Shown here piece by piece: positions 22,596 to 31,473 of a stretch of DNA of 64,000 nt (position 1 is its first letter; each line of letters opens with the position of its first letter). This stretch comes from an uncultured Gemmatimonadaceae bacterium. GTDB lineage: Bacteria; Gemmatimonadota; Gemmatimonadetes; Gemmatimonadales; Gemmatimonadaceae. The stretch is taken from NCBI GenBank assembly GCA_963781585.1, contig CAWAGQ010000004.1, forward strand, positions 288,001 through 352,000, given 5' to 3'. The notes beneath the pieces were generated by a model, which was given only the letters and a program-made list of their open reading frames with translations, was not told the DNA's origin and searched no databases. Position numbers and translations under genes: made by a program.

Positions 22596-25199
22596 ATGGT
22601 CCTGTCCGCATTGCTCGTCACATGGGTCAGCGGTGTCACGTCACCGGCAGCTCGGCTACCGGACGACTCGCTCATGGCGCCCGGTGTGTCGCACGCGCTG
22701 GCGGAGCGGCGTGCTACGCGAATCCGCAGCGTGCGATACGCTCTGACGCTGGATGTGACGCGCCCCGACACAGCTGTGGGACGGGTGACCATTCGCTTCA
22801 ATCTCAGGGGGCCAGGGGACGTCATCCTCGACTTCCGCGGGCCATTGCTGAGGCAGGCACTCGTCAACGGTGTCGCGCAACCGTCGCTGACCTTCAACGG
22901 TCAGCACGTCCGAATTCCGGGAGCGCTACTCACTAACGGCCCCAACCGCATCGACTTCGAGTTCTCGGCGCTGATTGCCGCGGCTGGCGCGAGCATCATT
23001 CGTGTGCGCGACCCATCCGATGGAGCGACGTATCTCTACACGCTTCTCGTCCCGAGCGATGCCGAGCAGCTTTTCCCGTGCTTCGACCAGCCTGACCTGA
23101 AGGCGCGGATTGCTCTCACCCTGACCACGCCGCTGGGTTGGCGCGCAGTGGCGAACGGCGTCGTTACGCGAGCCGACTCGTCATCGCGCGGCACCACCTA
23201 TGTGTTCCGTGAGTCGGAGCCGATCAGCACCTACCTCATTGCGTTCGCAGCCGGTCCATGGGCGGCTCTCACCGCCACCAACACAGCGCGTCCGATCACG
23301 CTCTACGTTCGCAGGTCGCGTGCGCGCGAGGTGGATGTCGACTCGATCATCCACGATGCGGATCGCGCGGTGTCATGGCTGTCGCGGTACTTCGCCTACC
23401 GTTATCCGTTCCAGAAGCTCGACATCCTGCTGGCGCCCGCTTTTCCGTTCGGAGGCATGGAACACCCTGGCGCCATCTTCTTCAGCGAGGAGCGATTCAT
23501 CTTCCGAGAGCCGCCAACGCTTACGCAGCGGCTCGGTCGTACCGCCACGGTTTACCATGAAGTGGCGCATCAGTGGTTCGGCGACCTGGTGACCATGCGA
23601 TGGTTCGACGACCTCTGGCTCAAGGAGGGTTTCGCGACCTACATGGCTGCGAAGATGCAGGCCTCGCTCGACTCCAGCGCCGGGGCCTGGGAGTCATTCT
23701 ATCTGCGGAACAAGCCGGCGGCCTACGCGGTCGATGTGAGCGGCGGCACGACGGCAATCTGGCAACCTCTCGACAATCTCGATCAGGCAAAGAGCAACTA
23801 CGGCGCCATCGTCTACAACAAGGCACCGGGTGTCCTGAAGCAGCTCAACTTCCTTGTCGGCGAGTCCGCCTTCCAACGCGGCCTCCAGCAATTCGTGCAC
23901 GCGCACGCGTTCGCCAACGCCACCTGGCGCGATCTGCTCGACGCCATCGCGGGCGTCCGTGGAAACCCGCTGCGCAACTGGGGCGAGGACTACATCACAA
24001 GAGCCGGGATGCCGGTGCTGGAGCAACGTCTGGAGACCAGTGACGGGCGGGTGACTCGGCTCGCCATCGTCCAGCATCCGGCGCAACTCGCGGTATCCGG
24101 CGCGCGGCCCTGGCCTATCCGCACCGAGCTGGTGCTCGCTTCGCCCGATGGGGTTCTGACTCGACTGCCATTGACCATCACTTCCGACACGACGCTGGTG
24201 AGCGCGGCCGTCGGCTTGCCCGCTCCGGCATGGATGTTCGCCAACGCCGATGACAACGCATACGCGCTGGTCCTGCTCGACTCCGTGAGCGTGAGCTGGC
24301 TCGAACACTCGCTGGGCCGGGTTCAGGTCGCCTTCGACCGCGCGATGCTGTGGGGAGCGCTCTGGGATCAGGTGCGGGAGGCGTCCCTCAGTCCGCGGCG
24401 GTTCATTCGCCTGGCGGTCCGCGAGCTGCCGCATGAACCCGACGAACAGATTCTGGCGAGTGAACTCAATCACCTGACGCGCGCGGTGACGGCGTACATC
24501 GATGGCGCGACCCGCGACACGCTGCTTCCGGACGTGGAGCGAATGCTTCTCGTCGGCGCGTCGGACTCGACAAGGTCGTATGGCGTGCGGCGATCGGAGC
24601 TGGCCGCGCTGATTCGGGTAGCGGCGAGCCGCACGATGGTCGATACCCTCGACGCGCTGCTGGACCGGGACCGGTTGGCGGGACTGCCCTTGGGTCCGTC
24701 GACGCGATGGTCCATCGTCACCCGGCTGGTAGCGCTTGGAGCGCCTTCGGCGGCGCGCCGTTTGGTGGACGAAGCGCGGCGCGATTCGTCCGCCGAGGGA
24801 GCGCGCCGGAAATTCGTGGCCGCTGCCGCGGCCCCACGCGCTGCGGTCAAGGCAGACTACTTCGCGCGCTACTTCGCTGACAGTACGCTCAACGAGGATT
24901 GGGCGACTGCCAGTCTCGATGCGTTCAACGCCGTGGAGTCGAGAGACATCACCGCGCCCTTCCTGCGCCCGGCACTCGATTCGCTGCCGTGGATACAGCG
25001 CAACCGCCGCATCTTCTTTCTGGGATCCTGGATCAATGGGTTCCTGGGCGGGCAGCTCGACGAGGCGGCGTTAGGCATCGTACAGCGCTTTCTCGGCGAG
25101 CGCGCAGACCTGCCTGACGATCTGCGGTTGAAGGTGCTGCAGGCGGCGGACGAACTGGAGCGCACGGTGCGCATACGGCGTCGGTTTTCCAATGAGTGA
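22596..25199 (+). CDS. M1 family zinc aminopeptidase (PepN-like, ERAP1-type C-terminus), probably exported
   Basis: FPCFDQPDLKA, GGMEH, HEVAHQWFGDLVT..WLKEGFA, IVYNKA. Hydrophobic N-terminus. Confidence 0.93.
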   Translation: MVLSALLVTWVSGVTSPAARLPDDSLMAPGVSHALAERRATRIRSVRYALTLDVTRPDTAVGRVTIRFNLRGPGDVILDFRGPLLRQALVNGVAQPSLTFNGQHVRIPGALLTNGPNRIDFEFSALIAAAGASIIRVRDPSDGATYLYTLLVPSDAEQLFPCFDQPDLKARIALTLTTPLGWRAVANGVVTRADSSSRGTTYVFRESEPISTYLIAFAAGPWAALTATNTARPITLYVRRSRAREVDVDSIIHDADRAVSWLSRYFAYRYPFQKLDILLAPAFPFGGMEHPGAIFFSEERFIFREPPTLTQRLGRTATVYHEVAHQWFGDLVTMRWFDDLWLKEGFATYMAAKMQASLDSSAGAWESFYLRNKPAAYAVDVSGGTTAIWQPLDNLDQAKSNYGAIVYNKAPGVLKQLNFLVGESAFQRGLQQFVHAHAFANATWRDLLDAIAGVRGNPLRNWGEDYITRAGMPVLEQRLETSDGRVTRLAIVQHPAQLAVSGARPWPIRTELVLASPDGVLTRLPLTITSDTTLVSAAVGLPAPAWMFANADDNAYALVLLDSVSVSWLEHSLGRVQVAFDRAMLWGALWDQVREASLSPRRFIRLAVRELPHEPDEQILASELNHLTRAVTAYIDGATRDTLLPDVERMLLVGASDSTRSYGVRRSELAALIRVAASRTMVDTLDALLDRDRLAGLPLGPSTRWSIVTRLVALGAPSAARRLVDEARRDSSAEGARRKFVAAAAAPRAAVKADYFARYFADSTLNEDWATASLDAFNAVESRDITAPFLRPALDSLPWIQRNRRIFFLGSWINGFLGGQLDEAALGIVQRFLGERADLPDDLRLKVLQAADELERTVRIRRRFSNE

Positions 25200-25452
25200 C
25201 TCGCCGCTCCCCGCCTAGGATGCAATCCCGCTTCGTTTCGATGAGGGACCCGTCCTCCCCTGGAGTCGGACAGCTGCCTGGCACTCCGTGGGATGCAGGT
25301 TACCCGCGACCTGTTGCGCGAGGACGCCAGTCAGGTGCTGGAGATGTATCGTTGCCGCTGCGGCATCATCGAGAACGGGTGGACAGCCCGGGTCCCGTGC
25401 TGGCATGAGGGAAGTCAAATGTCCAGTCGCATGACCATTGCAGTATGAAGGT

Positions 25453-25468
25453 CGTGACCCCGGTCACG
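25453..25468. promoter_or_regulatory. Palindromic CRP/FNR-family-like box CGTGA-N6-TCACG
   Basis: CGTGACC-CC-GGTCACG is a 7-bp inverted repeat matching GTGA-N6-TCAC, in a 550-bp intergenic region. Confidence 0.45.
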
Positions 25469-25756
25469 CAATTGGGGTTAAGTTTCTGTCACCAGGAGCC
25501 GCTTTCAGTAGTTGGGGCGGGTCATTCAGAAGCCCCGCCCCACGTCCACGCACCTCGGTTCTCCATTCCCAACAGGACGGTAAGGGTGACGCGCTTCCAT
25601 CGCACTGTGGCGAAAGAGCTTTGCCACTCGGGAGGTTACTGGCCCCGGGCGTCCCGGAGTCGCGTCATGAGCCGTTGTCTATCGACGCTGTCTTGTGCGC
25701 ATGCAGTTTCCGTCTGATTATTAAGGCCGATCAAGCCCCTCCAACCCGCTACCTTG

Positions 25757-27025
25757 ATGCTCTACGTCGAATCTCCGCTCGACGCATATCGCAGCGATCT
25801 GGCGCGAAATGCGAATCGCGAGGATTTCGGAGGCGCCGATACGGTCTGGCTGCTTACCGCACACTGCCTCTCGAGAATCATCCGCACCGGCGTCGAAGAC
25901 CGTGGCGTGAGCGCTGCGCAATCCGCGTCGGCGCTGCGCGATCTCCTCGGTTCGGATCCGGACGGTTGCCAGCTTCCGGAGCCGGAGCGGCGGGATCTCT
26001 CGCAGGTCGTCGACGGCCTCACGGCGTTGACTGACCGCGATTCGGCCGATGCGGTCGCGCGGGGCGTGCGCGGAATGACCAGTCGCATGTCGGATGCAGG
26101 CGCGGTTTCCATGGCCTACACGACGCTGGCCAGCACACGCGAACTGGTGGGGTTGGCGAGTGATCGCGAGCGAGGACTTCTGGCCGCCGACCAGGCGCGG
26201 GTTGCGCGCCTGCTGGGCGACCTCGACACGTCGGAGGAACTGTACCAGGCCTGCTCCGACATCGCAGAGCGGTCGGTCGACTTCGCCCTCCTCTCGCGCG
26301 CCTGTCTCGGTCGTGGCGTGATCAATCGAGTGCGGGGCAACTATCCCCGGGCACGCGTCTTCTTCGAGCGCGGACTCGAGCTCGGCGAGACGGCGCATGC
26401 CAGCGAACTGGTGATGCTGGCACACCAGGGCCTGACCATCTGCTTCGCGATCGGTCATGACTTCGATCGTGCGCTGAAGCACGCCTGGGCCACCTATCTG
26501 TGTTCGGAGGGCGATCGGGCCCTGGAGGGGGAGGCCCTCGGCAACCTCTCGCAACTCTGCCTGGATGCGGGCTTCCCGCGCGCCGCGCTGCAGGGATTCG
26601 CCGCCGTACTTGATCGAACCGAAGTGCTTCGCGTGCGTTTGAGCATGCTGGGCGGCGCCGCGGTTGCAGCGGCACGATGCGACAAGTCGGATGTCGTGGA
26701 GCGCGTTGCTGCTGAGGCCGAGCGGCACGTGTTGCGATCAGCGCTCGCCTACGAGAATGCCCAGACCCTGTTTCACCTCGCCACGGCGTACGGCGTCATC
26801 GGCAATGCGGAGCGCGCGTCGGCCTATCTCACGCGTGCACGGCGGCTCGCGAAGGTCAGGGGCTTTTTCGAACTGCTGCACGCGTGTGAAAACGCCAAGC
26901 TCTCGCGGGCGACCGTTGAAGCCATTGCGCCGCACACGCTGTCTGAGGCCTCGCGGGAGGTCGTGGCGTCCCTCGCCGGAATGGACGCAGGCGACACCGC
27001 CGGGGTGCTCGCGCTGCGGAGTTAG
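25757..27025 (+). CDS. Cytoplasmic TPR-like helical-repeat protein
   Basis: About 5-6 TPR-like units (RACLGRGVINRVRGNYPRARVFFERGLEL; GEALGNLSQLCLDAGFPRAALQGF; AQTLFHLATAYGVIGNAERASAYLTRA). No signal peptide, TM helix or obvious HTH. Confidence 0.8.
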   Translation: MLYVESPLDAYRSDLARNANREDFGGADTVWLLTAHCLSRIIRTGVEDRGVSAAQSASALRDLLGSDPDGCQLPEPERRDLSQVVDGLTALTDRDSADAVARGVRGMTSRMSDAGAVSMAYTTLASTRELVGLASDRERGLLAADQARVARLLGDLDTSEELYQACSDIAERSVDFALLSRACLGRGVINRVRGNYPRARVFFERGLELGETAHASELVMLAHQGLTICFAIGHDFDRALKHAWATYLCSEGDRALEGEALGNLSQLCLDAGFPRAALQGFAAVLDRTEVLRVRLSMLGGAAVAAARCDKSDVVERVAAEAERHVLRSALAYENAQTLFHLATAYGVIGNAERASAYLTRARRLAKVRGFFELLHACENAKLSRATVEAIAPHTLSEASREVVASLAGMDAGDTAGVLALRS

Positions 27026-27044
27026 ACGGCGTTCAGGCGCCGCG

Positions 27045-27073
27045 GGGCCGGGGTGCGACGTCAACCCCGGCCC
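27045..27073. terminator. 10-bp GC hairpin between the convergent TPR and peptide genes
   Basis: GGGCCGGGGT-gcgacgtca-ACCCCGGCCC. No clear U-tract. Confidence 0.55.
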
Positions 27074-27102
27074 GACGAAAGCGCGGCGAGTGCTACTCTG
27101 GG

Positions 27103-27309
27103 TCAGCGCTGAGTGGAATCGGAGTCGCTGCGAGCGTTCGGGTTGATATAGTCGGCGTTCGGATTGATATAATCCTTGCTCGCGCACACGCCGGCACCCG
27201 GGATCTTGGCGCTGCGGCAGACCTGGGCGGACGGCGAAGTGGGCATCGAGCAGGCGGCAATGATGGCGGTCGTGGCGACGAATACTGCCAGGCGGATCGT
27301 GCTACGCAT
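27103..27309 (-). CDS. 68-aa lipopeptide precursor with tandem DYINPNA repeats
   Basis: GGAG RBS upstream of the ATG. Basic N-region, hydrophobic core and lipobox IAAC20. The two DYINPNA copies differ only at three synonymous third positions. Confidence 0.85.
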   Translation of the reverse strand: MRSTIRLAVFVATTAIIAACSMPTSPSAQVCRSAKIPGAGVCASKDYINPNADYINPNARSDSDSTQR

Positions 27310-27426
27310 GAGAGGTCTCCAAGGGAAGTGTGAGGGTCGCCATAGTTTGCACGCGGTACGTGCGGACTACCGACACGCTATGTGCAGTTGTGATACATGG
27401 CGTAACATTTTTGGCGGAAAGCGGAC

Positions 27427-28224
27427 GTGATCGTCGGCGCTCTCGTTTGGGAACAGACAGCCCGCACGCGATTGCGCGAGTCGCTCCGGAGTCCCATCAC
27501 GGTTCGCTTCTGCGACCGCCAGACAGAGCTCCTGGCCCTGGTCGAGCATGGCCTCGCCAGCGTGGCGGTGGTCGACATCCGTGATCGGGACGGCGAGTCC
27601 ACGCTCCCGGTTGTGCGCCGACTTCGGGACGACTTCCCGTCGGTGCCCGTGGTGCTGTACTGTGCCCTGGCGCCGGACGCGTCGCGCGATGTGCTCGACT
27701 TTGCGCGGTCGGGAGTCAGCGATCTCGTATTCCGCGGGGTCGATGATCTTCGCGTCACCCTGCGGGCAGCCGTTCAGGCGGCGCTGGACCACAGCTCGAC
27801 CAAGCAGATGCTGCTTGACCTGGAGCCGGTCGTTCCTCCGAACGTGCTTCCCATGCTCCGATTCTGCATCGAAAACGGCAGGCGCAACCTGGGAGTGGAG
27901 GAGGTCGCGTCGGCGCTCGGCGTGCACCGCAAGACGCTCCTGGACCGACTGAATGCCGTTGGTTATCCCTCACCCACCGCCATCATTGCCTGGGGGCGCT
28001 TGCTGGTTGCGGCGAGGCTGCTCGAGGATCCGGGACGCGCTGTGGACGAGGTCGCTCTGCTGCTCGATTTCCCATCCGGCACGTCGCTCCGGAACATGAT
28101 GAAGCGGTACACGGGCCTGGTCTGCGGCGAGGTTCGTCAGAACGGCGGGGTTCACTGCGTTTTCCACGCGTTCAAGCGCGCCGTCACTGCGGCCACTGCC
28201 GGGCATCCTCCGGGCGAGGTCTGA
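27427..28224 (+). CDS. Transcriptional regulator: degenerate receiver-like domain plus AraC-type double HTH
   Basis: N-terminal alpha/beta pattern (AVVDIRD, VPVVLY, GVSDLV). C-terminal VEEVASALGVHRKTL..RL, AARLLEDPG, VALLLDFPSGTSLRNMMKRYTG. Confidence 0.85.
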   Translation: MIVGALVWEQTARTRLRESLRSPITVRFCDRQTELLALVEHGLASVAVVDIRDRDGESTLPVVRRLRDDFPSVPVVLYCALAPDASRDVLDFARSGVSDLVFRGVDDLRVTLRAAVQAALDHSSTKQMLLDLEPVVPPNVLPMLRFCIENGRRNLGVEEVASALGVHRKTLLDRLNAVGYPSPTAIIAWGRLLVAARLLEDPGRAVDEVALLLDFPSGTSLRNMMKRYTGLVCGEVRQNGGVHCVFHAFKRAVTAATAGHPPGEV

Positions 28225-28251
28225 CCGGCACGCGCTACCGGGTGCGCGCGA

Positions 28252-29052
28252 TCATAGCCGTCGCAGGAAACTCTCGGGGTCGTTGAGGAAGGCGCGCGTG
28301 AGCGCCACGTGCTCGAGGTCCTGATACGGCACTTCGCGAACCGGAATCTCGTCGAAGGTCAGCACACGGGCGCCGGGGAACGCGAGCAGTATCGGGGAAT
28401 GCGACGCGATGATGAACTGGCTGTGCTGCGCGACCATGTCCTTGATCATGGCGATGAGTCCGAGCTGGCTCTGCGGAGAGAGGGGCGCTTCGGGTTCGTC
28501 GAGCAGATAGAGCCCTCCCGGCACGAACCGGCTCTGGAACAGCCGGAAAAAGCTCTGACCGTGCGAGTTCTCGTCCAGATTCACGCCGTAGCGATTCTCC
28601 AGCCCGGCGAGCGACGCTCCCACTGGCCCCCTCGCCAATCCCCGGGCCATTGGTGAACGGTCCCGGTACTCGTCATCGATCTCCTCGAGGCGGCGCGTCA
28701 GGTCCTCGCGCAGCCGGGAGAGCGACTTGGCGAATCCGAAGAAGTCCTCGGCGCGCAGGAAGAAGCCGCGGTGGGTGCGCCGGTTCCAGACGAGCTGAAG
28801 CGCCGCCGCCAGACGCCGCTGATGGGCAAGCGTCTCGTCGGTCGTCGCCGATGTGCTGCCGACGGTGGGCAGGCCGCAGGCGGCCGCGAGCCCCTCCAGC
28901 AACGTCGACTTCCCGGACCCGTTCTCGCCGACAAGGAAGGTCACCGGAGTGCTGAGCGACGTCTCCCCAAGGGACTGGATTGCCGGGACGGTGAACGGGA
29001 ATCCGAAGGGGTCGGCCGGGCGGCGCAGCGAGAACGAGCGCAGGTGAATCAC
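28252..29052 (-). CDS. Stand-alone ABC/AAA-type ATPase (COG3910-like)
   Basis: Walker A GENGSGKS, signature-like SHGQSF, Walker B YLLDEPE, H-loop ASHSP. Confidence 0.9.
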   Translation of the reverse strand: MIHLRSFSLRRPADPFGFPFTVPAIQSLGETSLSTPVTFLVGENGSGKSTLLEGLAAACGLPTVGSTSATTDETLAHQRRLAAALQLVWNRRTHRGFFLRAEDFFGFAKSLSRLREDLTRRLEEIDDEYRDRSPMARGLARGPVGASLAGLENRYGVNLDENSHGQSFFRLFQSRFVPGGLYLLDEPEAPLSPQSQLGLIAMIKDMVAQHSQFIIASHSPILLAFPGARVLTFDEIPVREVPYQDLEHVALTRAFLNDPESFLRRL

Positions 29053-29173
29053 CCGTTACTCCACTTCCGCCGCCTGCGTGAGCGGCGCCATCTTGAAACG
29101 CGGCCCGTCATCGCGTCCGGAGGACGAGTCCACACCAACCCGGAGGCGGATCCATGGCAGCGAAATGTACTGA

Positions 29174-30349
29174 ATGCTGACGTTGCTGCTCGTGGGACAG
29201 GCGATAGCGCTGGTCGTGGTGTTGGCGCGCCTCGTGCCGGGTGCTCGCCGTCGACCACCAGTCACACCGGCAAGCACTCCTGGTGCTGACGCAGCCGTCA
29301 GCGTGATCATCCCCACCCTGAACGAGGCGGCTCGCATTGAGCCGTGCCTGCGTTCGCTTCGCAACCAGAACGCTCCGCTGGCGGAGATCATCGTTGTCGA
29401 CAGCGACTCCACGGACGGCACGGAGGGCGTCCTTCGGGCTGCGGCGGCGGAAGATCCCCGGCTGCGCGTGGTCCGGGACCCTCCGCTACCGCGCGGCTGG
29501 ATAGGAAAGGTCTGGGCGCTGCAGCATGGGCTATCGCTGGCGCGCGGTGATTGGATACTAGGCGTCGATGCCGACGTCGAGGCCGACCCCGGGATGGTTG
29601 CCGCTGTGGTGCAGGCGGCATGTTCGGGAGGTCTGGACATGGTGTCGTTCTCGCCCCGTTTCGCCGGACAGAGCGCGGGGGAGCGCCTGGTCCACCCTGG
29701 GCTGCTGGCGACCCTCGTGTACCGGTTCGGCGCACCGTCGGCCGACCCCGCGCCAAGTCGGTTACTTGCCAACGGACAGTGTTTCCTCGCGCGGCGCTCT
29801 GTCCTGCTGCGTCATGGCGGGTACGAGTCGGCGAGGGGTTCGTTCGCAGACGACGTTATGCTCGCGCGGTACTACGCCAGTCGCGGAGCGCGGGTTGGTT
29901 TCCTCGACGGATCTCGGCTTTTTCGCGTTCGTGCATATCGCTCGCTGCGGGAAATGTGGCGCGAGTGGGGAAGATCGATTGATCTCAGCGATGCGACCAC
30001 GCGAGCCCGCCAGTGGGTGGACATTCTTCTGCTCACGCTGGTGCAGGGCGTTCCTCCGATATTGCTGATCGTGGCGGCGACGGGATGGTGGAATGCCTCA
30101 GGGAACGTCTCTCGGGCCCTGGTGATACTGAACTCCATTCTGCTGCTGCTGCGCATCGGGCTCCTGTTCGCTCTCGCGCCCTCATACGAGAAGAGAGGAA
30201 CGATGTTCTGGTTGTCACCGCTGGCAGATCCCCTGGCGGTCGTGCGCGTGGTTCTGTCGACGGTTCGGCGCCCGAGGCGTTGGCGCGGGCGGCAATACCA
30301 GCCGCAGCCGTCCGAGTGGAGGCATTTCGCAGGATGGTCGCATGAGTAG
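29174..30349 (+). CDS. Family 2 glycosyltransferase (CrtQ/CruG-like, membrane-anchored)
   Basis: VIIPTLNE, VVDSDSTDGT, GWIGKVWAL, DAD, ANGQC, FADD. TM segments at both termini. Confidence 0.88.
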   Translation: MLTLLLVGQAIALVVVLARLVPGARRRPPVTPASTPGADAAVSVIIPTLNEAARIEPCLRSLRNQNAPLAEIIVVDSDSTDGTEGVLRAAAAEDPRLRVVRDPPLPRGWIGKVWALQHGLSLARGDWILGVDADVEADPGMVAAVVQAACSGGLDMVSFSPRFAGQSAGERLVHPGLLATLVYRFGAPSADPAPSRLLANGQCFLARRSVLLRHGGYESARGSFADDVMLARYYASRGARVGFLDGSRLFRVRAYRSLREMWREWGRSIDLSDATTRARQWVDILLLTLVQGVPPILLIVAATGWWNASGNVSRALVILNSILLLLRIGLLFALAPSYEKRGTMFWLSPLADPLAVVRVVLSTVRRPRRWRGRQYQPQPSEWRHFAGWSHE

Positions 30350-30599
30350 CAGACGCCGAACCCCGAAACCGATCCGCGATCCGTCCCCGCCTGGTTCCCT
30401 GTCCGACCCGGTGGACGAGGCGTCTCAGGAGAGCTTTCCCGCCAGCGACCCTCCCAGTTGGAGTCCGCTACACGCCGGCGAGCCGAGGGAGGCGGCGCGG
30501 CCCTCGGCTCCGACGGGGCCCAAGGGCGCCGCCGACCCGCTGACCGCGAGGCACGCGGCGCAACGGCGGTCTGACACCTGGCGGCCACAATCTTCGTAG
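30342..30599 (+). CDS. Small hypothetical protein with the DEASxESFPASDPP motif
   Basis: VDEASQESFPASDPPSW is a recognisable conserved small-protein motif. Overlaps the upstream stop. Confidence 0.7.
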   Translation: MSSRRRTPKPIRDPSPPGSLSDPVDEASQESFPASDPPSWSPLHAGEPREAARPSAPTGPKGAADPLTARHAAQRRSDTWRPQSS

Positions 30600-30607
30600 G
30601 TCACGTC

Positions 30608-31321
30608 GTGCAAATCTCCAGCATCCCGCCCGCCGCCCCGGCCCAGCAGCAGTCGGGCACGCCTTCGGCCGTGTCTCTCCCCGCGGAAGCGGGTGGAGCG
30701 CAGGTCGTGCAAGTGCCACACAGCGCCCAGGAGCTGCAAGCGCTTCGCGCCCGACGAGAGGAGCTTTCCACTCAGCTCATTTCGGCGAACGGGCGGCGGG
30801 AAGGGCTGGCGCGCGAACTGCGCAGCGCGATGAACGGAGCCGATCGCACGGGAATCGAGCAGCGCATGACGCAGCTCGATCAGCGCATCATGCATCTCGA
30901 GGCCGACATCGCCGAGAATGGGCGTGCGCTGGCGGCGACACCGGCGGGCCTGATCGCGACCGTGGATGTGCCCCACCGGATTCTCGGAATGACCGAGCAA
31001 TTCGCGGCGCCGCTTGCCGGGCTGTTCACGGTTGTCGTCCTGATGCCGCTTGCCATCGCGGCGGCGCGTCTGATGTGGCGGCGAGCAAGGTCGCCTCAAC
31101 CGTCGAGAGAGTCACCGGAGTTGATCTCGCGACTGGACCGCATGGAGCAGGCGGTGGACGCCATAGCGGTGGAAGTCGAGCGCATCTCGGAAGGGCAACG
31201 CTTCACTACCAGGCTCCTCACCGAAGGTCAGGCGATGCCGGCGCTCGGTTCGTCTCGGGTGGCAGAACGAGTTCCGGTGCGCGCTCTGGACCCAATGCGG
31301 TTGGCTGGCGAGGAGACATAG
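30608..31321 (+). CDS. Hypothetical coiled-coil protein with one TM helix
   Basis: N-terminal coiled coil, TM helix LFTVVVLMPLAIAA, C-terminal RLDRMEQAVDAIAVEVERISEGQRFTTRLL. Confidence 0.8.
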   Translation: MQISSIPPAAPAQQQSGTPSAVSLPAEAGGAQVVQVPHSAQELQALRARREELSTQLISANGRREGLARELRSAMNGADRTGIEQRMTQLDQRIMHLEADIAENGRALAATPAGLIATVDVPHRILGMTEQFAAPLAGLFTVVVLMPLAIAAARLMWRRARSPQPSRESPELISRLDRMEQAVDAIAVEVERISEGQRFTTRLLTEGQAMPALGSSRVAERVPVRALDPMRLAGEET

Positions 31322-31473
31322 CGACTGGGAATCGCGGACGTTGTCATGCGGGGCGCTCCGTCCGTGGTCCAATCCGGATTGAAGCTGGGCGAGACGGCCT
31401 ATTCCGCCGTCGCCGCGACAGGCAGATTCGGGTCATGCCTCTGTGCCTCCGGGAGGATCAGGCTCGAGCGGCG

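Noticed and set aside
27103..27309. The peptide as the precursor of a classical RiPP cluster
   Set aside because: No radical SAM, YcaO, LanM, ATP-grasp or transporter gene in the window. Kept only as a secondary hypothesis.
28252..29052. The stand-alone ATPase as an anti-phage defence gene
   Set aside because: No nuclease, TOPRIM or other partner next to it, and no island-like context.
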